The notes under the pieces were generated by a model, which did not search any database, was not told where the DNA came from, and saw nothing but the letters and a program-made list of their open reading frames with translations. Shown piece after piece: positions 1-7,103 of a DNA stretch of 64,000 nucleotides. Position 1 is the stretch's first letter. Each line of letters begins with the position of its first letter. This DNA is from an uncultured bacterium (lineage in GTDB: Bacteria > Chloroflexota > UBA5177 > JANWHV01), in the NCBI GenBank assembly GCA_963827235.1, contig CAWHAE010000018.1:416001-480000 (forward strand), given 5' to 3'. The position numbers and the translations under genes were made by a program.

Positions 1-214
1 CGGCAGGCATGCCGCCGCAGGCCGCGGAGAACACGACCGGGACGAGAAAGAGCAGCGGAATACTCAGGCTCAAAGCGCCACTCGTACCGTTCAGGACGCT
101 CAGGACCGGGACAAGGAATGCTACCAGGGCCAGCCCGGCCACGCCGGCACTGCGCGGACGCCGCGCCAGCACGTCGGTGCTGATCCCGGCGTCATGAAAC
201 ACTTTGCCTGTCAA
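1..214 (-). CDS. 5' end of a DUF4118 (KdpD-type transmembrane domain) sensor protein, probably a histidine kinase; runs off the window
   Basis: Manual minus-strand translation, absent from the ORF track: ...AGLALVAFLVPVLSVLNGTSGALSLSIPLLFLVPVVFSAACGGMPA, resembling DUF4118 helices. Co-oriented downstream of kdpA. Start is TTG 214 or GTG 202. Confidence 0.55.
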   Translation of the reverse strand, partial: MTGKVFHDAGISTDVLARRPRSAGVAGLALVAFLVPVLSVLNGTSGALSLSIPLLFLVPVVFSAACGGMPA

Positions 215-273
215 TCACGTCTCGCTTTCGTGCCGCTGGCATGGCCGTGGTACCGGAGGCGCCGTCATACTCG

Positions 274-981
274 CTAATGAAGCCGGTCAACCGGCAATAG
301 GTATGCCGGCCGCCGGCGAGGCGCCGGTCGTTCCATGACACGCGCCTGGTCACCGTCTACCACGATAGTCTTGCATGGCGCCGTTCTCTGCACGATCTGG
401 GAGATGCTGCCGAAATACCAGCGGCGGAGCGCGGCATCGCTCGTGTGTCCGAGCACGATCAGGTCGCCCTGCTGCTCCTGCTGCGCTTCTATGCGCGCGC
501 TGTTCGCCAGCACCGCCTCCAGTCGCTCGCTGCTGCACCGGGCTGTCTGGGCGAGCCGGGTAACCTGCCGCCCGTAGTCGCGGTCCTCGGGATGTGGGCA
601 AGCGCTGCGATGGAGCACGCCCAGCCTCCTCTCCAGCATCTGCAGGTACCGTGCCCGGTCGGCATTGCTCAGCGCGTAGTGCTGCCGGTACGTCCCCAGG
701 GCCCAGGAGAGCCCTTCGCTGGCGCGGTAGTGGAAGAACGCGGCCAGGACGGTGCTGTCCACGCCCAGGCCGCTGGCCAGCTCGAATACCTCTTGCTGCC
801 CGAGTGGCGGCAGGCGGCGCAGCTTGACGAGCATGGCAGTCGATACGCCAAGCCGTCGGGCCACGTCCGCCGTGGTCAGCGCGTCTCGGAAGACGAGGCC
901 GTCCTGCTTGCCTTCATCGCCCGACTCGTCGCGCGAGCCGGATTCGGCAACCGGCGCCATGTGGTACGTATGCCCTGCCAT
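274..981 (-). CDS. Hypothetical regulator: N-terminal HTH fused to a C-terminal partial universal stress protein (USP) motif
   Basis: Real start is ATG 981, inside the 274..1866 ORF and just after the kdpA stop. HTH-like LTTADVARRLGVSTAMLVKLRR; USP C-terminal signature DLIVLGHTS...FGSISQIVQRTAPCKTIVV. Confidence 0.7.
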   Translation of the reverse strand: MAGHTYHMAPVAESGSRDESGDEGKQDGLVFRDALTTADVARRLGVSTAMLVKLRRLPPLGQQEVFELASGLGVDSTVLAAFFHYRASEGLSWALGTYRQHYALSNADRARYLQMLERRLGVLHRSACPHPEDRDYGRQVTRLAQTARCSSERLEAVLANSARIEAQQEQQGDLIVLGHTSDAALRRWYFGSISQIVQRTAPCKTIVVDGDQARVMERPAPRRRPAYLLPVDRLH

Positions 982-1001
982 GGCAGTCTCTCTTCTCACT
1001 T

Positions 1002-2723
1002 CTACAGGCGTAGCTGCTCGATGATCGGCCCCAGCGCGACGATCGGCAGGAACGTGAGCGCTCCCACAAGCAGCGCCGTGCCCACGATCACCGTGGCGAA
1101 GGTCGCCGAGTCGGTGGGCAGCGTAGCTGCCGAGACCGGCCGCCGCTGCTGCCTCACGAAGATGCCGGCCAGGGCAAGGGCCAGCACGCCCAGTCCGAAA
1201 CGTCCCAGGAGCATGGCCACCGCGGTGGTGAGATTGTAGAACGGGCTGTCGCCTGAAAGACCGGCGAACGACTGGCCGTTGTTCGCCATGTTGCTCGTGT
1301 AGGCGTAGAAGATCTCCGTCAATCCGTGGGGTCCGCTGTTGGTGGTCAGGCCGGCCCGTCCGGCAGCGGTCGACACAGCCAGCGCGGTGAGCGCCAGCAG
1401 GGCCACCGGCGCAACCAGCGTGTAAAGCATGACCACTTTGATATGCGCCGGGCCGATGGTCTTGCCCAGGTACTCCGGCGTGCGCCCGATCATCAACCCT
1501 GCCACGAACAGGCCCACCAGGACGACGAGGATGATGCTGTACAGCCCGGTGCCCAGGCCGCCGAACACCATCTCGCCGAGAATCATGTTGACCAACGGCA
1601 CGAGCCCTCCCAGCGGCGTATAGCTGTCGTGCATGGAATTGGTCGAGCCGGTGGCCGTGTTCGATGTCACGACTGCCGTCAGCACGGAGTCGGCAATGCC
1701 GAAGCGGACCTCCTTGCCTTCCATGTTGCCGCCCGGCTGGCTCGTGGTTGCCGCGGTCGCTGCGCGCGCCTGGCGTGCGATGACCGGGTTCCCCTGCTGC
1801 TCTGCCAGGTTGCACACCACCAGGCCGGCGACAAAGAGGAAGACCATCACCCAGAGCAGCACCCACCCCTGGCGGGTCCGTCCCACCATCTGACCCAATG
1901 TGTAGGTCAGCGCGGCCGGTACGACCACGATCGACAGCATCTCGACGAAGTTGGCCAGCGGCGTCGGGTCCTGGTAAGGGTGTGCGTTATTCACGTTGAA
2001 GAACCCGCCGCCGTTCGTGCCGAGGTTCTCGATGAACTCCAGCGCGGCAACCGGTCCCTGGGCAATGGTCTGCCGGCCACCCTCCAGGGTATGCACGACG
2101 GTGTACGGGCTCCAGCTCAACGGCACGCCTTGCCACACCAGGACCAGCGCCCCGACCACCGACAGTGGAAGCAACACCCAGAGCAGGCCGCGCACCAGGT
2201 CCACCCAGAAGTTGCCAAGCCCCCTTGCTTGCTGGCGGGCCAGCCCACGGATGAAGGCAATGCCGACCGCCAGCCCGGCGGCGCCGGCGAGGAAGTTCTG
2301 CGCCGCCAGGCCCACGATCTGCGTGACGTAGCTCATGGTCGACTCGCCGCCGTACGCCTGCCAGGTGGTGGTCGTGGCGAAGCTCACCGCCGTGTTGAGG
2401 GCCAGATCGGACGTCATCGGCGTGCTGAGATAGGCGCCGTTGTTCCAGGCATAATGCGACTGCAGCAGCAAGATGGCAAACAGCAGTGCGGTCCCCGCCA
2501 GCCCGAAGACGAGGAAGGACAGCGCGTACTCGGCCCAGCCCATCTCGTGTGTGGCATCGACACCGGCCAGCCGATAGATCCGGCACTCCACGGGGCGCAG
2601 AAGGGGATCGAGGAAGGTGCGATGCCCGGTAAACACCCGGGTCAGGTAGCTGCCTAACGGCTTGACAAGCGCGACGACGATCAGCACGAAGAGTGCGTAC
2701 TCGGTCAGGGCAGCCGCACTCAT
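1002..2723 (-). CDS. kdpA: Potassium-transporting ATPase subunit A (KdpA), variant without neighbouring kdpB/C
   Basis: Motifs WQAYGGE, GNFWVDL, LGTNGGGFF, NMEGKEVRFG, FGGLGTG, GRTPEYLGK, ALGPIIE. GGGAGG RBS favours ATG 2723 over GTG 2729. Confidence 0.95.
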   Translation of the reverse strand: MSAAALTEYALFVLIVVALVKPLGSYLTRVFTGHRTFLDPLLRPVECRIYRLAGVDATHEMGWAEYALSFLVFGLAGTALLFAILLLQSHYAWNNGAYLSTPMTSDLALNTAVSFATTTTWQAYGGESTMSYVTQIVGLAAQNFLAGAAGLAVGIAFIRGLARQQARGLGNFWVDLVRGLLWVLLPLSVVGALVLVWQGVPLSWSPYTVVHTLEGGRQTIAQGPVAALEFIENLGTNGGGFFNVNNAHPYQDPTPLANFVEMLSIVVVPAALTYTLGQMVGRTRQGWVLLWVMVFLFVAGLVVCNLAEQQGNPVIARQARAATAATTSQPGGNMEGKEVRFGIADSVLTAVVTSNTATGSTNSMHDSYTPLGGLVPLVNMILGEMVFGGLGTGLYSIILVVLVGLFVAGLMIGRTPEYLGKTIGPAHIKVVMLYTLVAPVALLALTALAVSTAAGRAGLTTNSGPHGLTEIFYAYTSNMANNGQSFAGLSGDSPFYNLTTAVAMLLGRFGLGVLALALAGIFVRQQRRPVSAATLPTDSATFATVIVGTALLVGALTFLPIVALGPIIEQLRL

Positions 2724-2960
2724 GGTCACAACCCTCCCGCCGGCCGCCCGTGCTCAGACCAAGCAGAGCCTGCACCGGCGGAGTGAGCTCCGCGCTTGGC
2801 GGCGCCCGCGCGCGGGTTCGCTGCATATGGGCAGGCGCGACCGGCCGGACGTACACGTTGCGAACATCTCTTCCGCATCATAGGCGGCCCGGAAGCCGCT
2901 ACACAGGCTAGCGTTCGCCCGATCCTTGACTTCAGGGCCTAGGCACAACGATAGAACCCG

Positions 2961-3014
2961 CATGTTAACCAGGTCGTAAACGGCAAAGGCCGAAGTCGTA
3001 AACCGATCATCAAC
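2961..3014 (-). promoter_or_regulatory. Phased direct repeats (OmpR/KdpE-type boxes) upstream of kdpA
   Basis: GTTTACGAC (minus strand) at 2973-2981 and 2995-3003, 22 bp apart. Degenerate copies at 3006-3014 (+11) and 2961-2969 (-12). Confidence 0.55.
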
Positions 3015-3214
3015 GGACGGCATGGCCAGGGCAAGCGCGCGATACCACGCTCCGTTCAGAGGCGCAACCGGACCGGCCGCCTACCGCCCGCCTGACGCGA
3101 ATAGCGCGCCTGTTCGCGGAGGACGCACCGGGCCGAGCGCTGCCGGCCGCTGAACCGGACGGAGAGCAGATCCCGCCTCCATCTCAGGCGTGGAGGCCGT
3201 TTAGCGCGCGGTTA

Positions 3215-3844
3215 TCAGGCGCGCACCAGGGGCAGGAAGATCGTGTCGACGATCTCCACCAGCGTCGCGTCGGGAACCGGCGCCTGGGTCATGATCAGGT
3301 CGTGTCGAACCAGGTCCATCGGCAACGAGCAGATGCGGGGGCTCAAGCGCCGAGAATCGATCTCGCCGCGTGCCACGGCGCGCGCGATGATCGTCGCTAT
3401 GCCCGGCCTGGGGATCTCGGAGAGGATCCGCTCCCGCAACGCAGCGGGTGAGAGCCCGGTTTCGCTGAGCGCGCCGGCGATGAGGAAGCTCAAGACCGCA
3501 GCTTCTTCGCCGCGCCACGTGGAGATGTGCCGTAACACGGCTAGGAGGTCGTCTCGCAGCGTCCCGGTATCCGGAAACTTGACCATGTTGATCGCGGCGT
3601 GCTGACGCAGCGCGGCGATCACCAGCTCCGGACGGCTGGGCCAACGCCGGTACAGGACCGCGCGGCTCGTCCTGGCACGGGTGGCGACGCCCTCCATGGT
3701 GAGGGCCGCGTATCCCACCTCCGTCAGCTCATCCCAGGCTGCCTCCAGCAATGCGGCTTCGAGCGCCGGACCGCGACGGCGCTTTGGCGCGCCGCGCCGC
3801 CGGCCGGAGGCCGGGCCAGCATCCGAGATCCCGGTGGCTGCCAT
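3215..3844 (-). CDS. TetR/AcrR family transcriptional regulator
   Basis: HTH ALTMEGVATRARTSRAVLYRRW; C-terminal PDTGTLRDDL; divergent from an MFS gene. Confidence 0.93.
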   Translation of the reverse strand: MAATGISDAGPASGRRRGAPKRRRGPALEAALLEAAWDELTEVGYAALTMEGVATRARTSRAVLYRRWPSRPELVIAALRQHAAINMVKFPDTGTLRDDLLAVLRHISTWRGEEAAVLSFLIAGALSETGLSPAALRERILSEIPRPGIATIIARAVARGEIDSRRLSPRICSLPMDLVRHDLIMTQAPVPDATLVEIVDTIFLPLVRA

Positions 3845-3855
3845 CAATCCCCCCT

Positions 3856-3920
3856 TAAGGGTCTCTTGTGTATCTTACACATCCATTGTACACTGCTCAT
3901 AGAGACATGAGTGTATCTTA
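3856..3920. promoter_or_regulatory. Two candidate TetR operators in the divergent tetR/MFS spacer
   Basis: GTGTATCTTA repeated at 3868-3877 and 3911-3920; near-palindrome AGAGACA-tgag-TGTATCT at 3901-3918. Confidence 0.6.
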
Positions 3921-3939
3921 ATCCACCGGGAGATACGAG

Positions 3940-5382
3940 GTGACTACTACTGCTGAGAACGAACGCCTGGACCCTGCGTTGATCAAGCTGGCCGCCATTC
4001 TGCTCACGGGTGTCATGGTGGTGATGTTCGACTCGACCATCGTCAACGTAGCCTTAGAGACGCTGGCGCGTGCGCTGCACGCCCCGGTGTCCACGACCCA
4101 GTGGGTGGTCAGCGCGTACGTGCTGTCGCTGGGCATGGTAATTCCGGTCAGTAGCTGGGCCATGCAGCGCTTCGGCGCCAAGCAGATGTGGCTCGGCTCG
4201 TTGGCCCTCTTCACGGCGGGGTCGCTGCTCTGCAGCACGGCGTGGAACATTGACGTCCTGATAGCGTTTCGCGTGCTGCAGGGCATCGGCGGAGGCATGA
4301 TGCTGCCGATCATGCAGACGCTAATGGTCGAAGCCGCCGGTGGACGCAAGCTGGGGCAGATCATGGCGATGCTCGGCCTGCCGGCGCTGCTCGGCCCGAT
4401 CCTCGGGCCGGTGCTTGGTGGCCTGGTCATCCACTACCTCTCGTGGCACTGGATCTTCTGGATCAACGTGCCCCTCGGCGTTCTCGGCCTGCTGCTCGCC
4501 TGGCGGGGCTTGCCATTGTCTCCGCCTCGCCCGGGCGCACGCCTCGACGTCGTCGGCCTCGCGCTGCTATCGCCTGCCCTGGCCACGATCATCTACGGTC
4601 TCACGGAGGCCGGCAGTCGCGGCGGCTTCGGCCAGGATAGCGTGGTGATACCCTTGCTGGCCGGCGGCGCGCTGCTCGTCGTCTTCGTGCTGTACACACT
4701 GCGCACCACGCTGCCGCCGGTGGTGGACCTGCGGTTGTTTCGCGTTCCCTCGTTCACCGCGTCGGCCGTGCTGCTCTTTCTGTCGGGCTTGGCGCTCTAT
4801 GGCGCCTTGCTGCTGTTGCCGCTCTACTATCAGCAGGTGCGTGGACAGGATGCGCTGGCGGCGGGGATTCTGCTGGCGCCGCAGGGGCTTGGCATGCTTT
4901 GCACCCGCGCCCAGGCCGGCAAGCTTACCGACCGTATTGGCGGGCGGCCAGTCGTGCTCGGAGGATTCCTGTTGACCCTGCTTGGAACGCTCGCCTTCAC
5001 GCAGGTCGGCGTCGCCACGAACGAGTTGTGGCTCTGCCTCAGCCTGGTGGTGCGCGGCGCCGGGTTGGGCGCGGTTTTCGTTCCGATCATGGCCACGGCC
5101 TACCTCGGCCTGCGACCCGACCAGATCGCCGATGCCAGCAGTGCCACGCGGATCCTGCAGCAGGTCGGGGGCTCGTTCGGCGCGGCCGTGTTCGCGATGA
5201 TCCTGCAGTCGCAGCTCACTGCGCACCACGCGATCACCCTTGCCGGCCAGGTCACCGCCTTCGACAATGCCTTCTGGTGGTCGGTTGGGTTCACCGCCCT
5301 GGCCATCGTGCCGGCGCTCGCCCTGCCCGGCGCCATGCGGCTATCGCTACGCGCCGAGAAGAAGGCGGGCACGGCCGCCTGA
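3940..5382 (+). CDS. DHA2 (EmrB/QacA-like) MFS efflux transporter
   Basis: FDSTIVNVAL, QWVVSAY, FRVLQGIGGG, WHWIFWINVPLG; about 14 TM helices. Confidence 0.93.
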   Translation: MTTTAENERLDPALIKLAAILLTGVMVVMFDSTIVNVALETLARALHAPVSTTQWVVSAYVLSLGMVIPVSSWAMQRFGAKQMWLGSLALFTAGSLLCSTAWNIDVLIAFRVLQGIGGGMMLPIMQTLMVEAAGGRKLGQIMAMLGLPALLGPILGPVLGGLVIHYLSWHWIFWINVPLGVLGLLLAWRGLPLSPPRPGARLDVVGLALLSPALATIIYGLTEAGSRGGFGQDSVVIPLLAGGALLVVFVLYTLRTTLPPVVDLRLFRVPSFTASAVLLFLSGLALYGALLLLPLYYQQVRGQDALAAGILLAPQGLGMLCTRAQAGKLTDRIGGRPVVLGGFLLTLLGTLAFTQVGVATNELWLCLSLVVRGAGLGAVFVPIMATAYLGLRPDQIADASSATRILQQVGGSFGAAVFAMILQSQLTAHHAITLAGQVTAFDNAFWWSVGFTALAIVPALALPGAMRLSLRAEKKAGTAA

Positions 5383-5432
5383 GCGGCCCGCCCGGGGCTT
5401 GTCCGGCCCGTTTCGGCCGCGCAGTGTTGCCC

Positions 5433-5484
5433 TTGACCTCGCCAAATCCCGTGCTACGATGAGGGTGCTAGAGCATCTGTTCTA
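5433..5484 (+). promoter_or_regulatory. Sigma70-like promoter with a downstream LexA (SOS) box
   Basis: TTGACC 5433-5438, 16 bp spacer, TACGAT 5455-5460. TAGAGCATCTGTTCTA at 5469-5484 is GAAC-N4-GTTC with one mismatch inside a 16-bp palindrome. Confidence 0.55.
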
Positions 5485-5513
5485 ACTCCACAGTACGAAA
5501 GCGAGGTCGCTCT

Positions 5514-5954
5514 ATGCCCGGCTCGCCCCTCCACGACCGAGCGCACTGGCTCCGAACCGGCTGTGACCGCTCCTGCCGCCCCTGCCGCTGCCGGATCCCG
5601 CGTACAGGTAGACAACATGGGAGAATGCGAAACGAATTCGCCACTCGACGGGCCTGCGGGTCTGGCCGCTCCCGCCATACCACACCCGCGACCCACTGCG
5701 GCGGGTACCTCGGCCGGCCCGTACCCCGCCATCCTCAGCTGGAGGCTGCCGTTCCCAGTCCACCCGGGCCCGCAGTCCCGCACGTGCTGCCATGCGATCG
5801 CAACCGCAGGCTCCCGTCACACCCGGCGGCGGCCGGCCCGTATCTTACCATCCTGCCTCAGCTGGAGGCCACCGTCCCCCGTCCCCTGCCATCCTGTCGC
5901 AACTGGAGGCTCCGCGAGTTCGCCGCTCCGCACCTGCAAATGGGAAGCATCTAG
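5514..5954 (+). CDS. Possible Pro/Arg/Cys-rich hypothetical protein or remnant
   Basis: GAGGT RBS before ATG 5514 and downstream of the promoter; its stop shares CTAG with the convergent pyrB stop. Low complexity, so it may be non-coding. Confidence 0.3.
   Translation: MPGSPLHDRAHWLRTGCDRSCRPCRCRIPRTGRQHGRMRNEFATRRACGSGRSRHTTPATHCGGYLGRPVPRHPQLEAAVPSPPGPAVPHVLPCDRNRRLPSHPAAAGPYLTILPQLEATVPRPLPSCRNWRLREFAAPHLQMGSI
5711..5916. repeat. Degenerate tandem repeat with four copies of a CCATCCT..CA(A/G)CTGGAGGC-like core (A-B-A'-B')
   Basis: 5711-5756 resembles 5830-5879, and 5784-5816 resembles 5881-5916. Confidence 0.65.
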
Positions 5955-6874
5955 GCTTCGGGCGCCAGCAGCAGCTTGAGTAGAGCCATGCGCACGAACA
6001 CTCCGTTCGCCGCCTGCCGGAAGTAGGCGGCGCGCAGATCGTCGTCCACCTCCGGACGGATCTCGTCGACTCGCGGCAGCGGGTGCATGATGATCGCATT
6101 TCGCGGCAGCAGCTCCATGGCTTCGCGATCGATGACGTAAATGCCCCGCACGGCTTCGTAGTCCGCCGCGCGGTCCGCGAATCGCTCCTTCTGGATTCGA
6201 GTCTGGTACACCACGTCGCACTCTGGCAGCACGGCACGCAGATCCTGCTCCTCGCGGAACGGCACGCCGTGGCCTCGCAAGTACTCCTTGATGTCCTCCC
6301 GCATGCTCACCGCCGGCGGGGCGATGAAGGTGATCTCGACGTCCTGGTAGAGCGCCAGCAGGTAGCACAATGATCGCACGGTACGGCCGTTGGCCAGGTC
6401 GCCTACCATGGCCACGCGAATACCGTCGATATGGCCGAGCTCGGATTGGATGGTGTAGAGGTCGAGCAGTGCCTGGGTGGGATGCTGCCCCGGCCCATCG
6501 CCGGCGTTGATCACCGGCACCGGCGAGTATGCTGCAGCCAGCCTGGCCGCGCCGGATTCGTAGTGCCGGATCACCAGCACGTCGGCATAGCTGCCCACGA
6601 TACGCACCGTATCCTCGAGCGTCTCGCCTTTGAGTGCGGACGAGAACTCGCGCGCGTTTTCGGTGGTGATCACCTGACCGCCCAGGCGCAGCATGGCAGT
6701 CTCGAACGAGAGCCGGGTTCGCGTGCTCGGCTCGTAGAACAGGGTCGCCATGATTCGGCCCGCCAGAAGCCCATTACCGCCGCTGCCGGCCACCTCCCGC
6801 ATGGTATCCGCGGTACCGAATACTTGCTCCAGCAGCGGTCGGTCGAACTGCTGGCTCTCTACCACGTGGCGCAT
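5951..6874 (-). CDS. pyrB: Aspartate carbamoyltransferase catalytic subunit
   Basis: FYEPSTRTRLSF, KGETLEDT, NAGDG, HPTQALLD, YQTRIQKER, MHPLPR; GGAGG RBS. Confidence 0.97.
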   Translation of the reverse strand: MRHVVESQQFDRPLLEQVFGTADTMREVAGSGGNGLLAGRIMATLFYEPSTRTRLSFETAMLRLGGQVITTENAREFSSALKGETLEDTVRIVGSYADVLVIRHYESGAARLAAAYSPVPVINAGDGPGQHPTQALLDLYTIQSELGHIDGIRVAMVGDLANGRTVRSLCYLLALYQDVEITFIAPPAVSMREDIKEYLRGHGVPFREEQDLRAVLPECDVVYQTRIQKERFADRAADYEAVRGIYVIDREAMELLPRNAIIMHPLPRVDEIRPEVDDDLRAAYFRQAANGVFVRMALLKLLLAPEA

Positions 6875-7103
6875 GTTCGTTCCTCCCCCGGCGTGCAGCG
6901 ATACGCACTCGCATCAGTATATCGGTACGAGTGTCCGTCCGGGAGCCACCGCCCCCGGTAGATCCCGCCTGGACGTTGTGAGGCGGCGATATCCTGTCTT
7001 GCGACAATGCAGGCCACGGCCGGCATGGCCGGAGCCGGCCGTGGCCCCATTCTCGCCGGGCGGAATCCCCGGTGCACGGAATGTCGGTCCGCCCCCGGGT
7101 GGC

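Noticed and set aside
982-1866. N-terminal about 295 aa of the 530-aa ORF 274..1866
   Set aside because: Out-of-frame overlap with kdpA and non-protein-like composition; the real gene starts at 981.
2730-2960. kdpF or a c-di-AMP (ydaO) riboswitch upstream of kdpA
   Set aside because: No short hydrophobic ORF with a KdpF-like C-terminus and none of the ydaO consensus blocks are visible.
5711-5916. CRISPR array
   Set aside because: The repeats are degenerate, the spacers are irregular and partly duplicated, and there are no cas genes.
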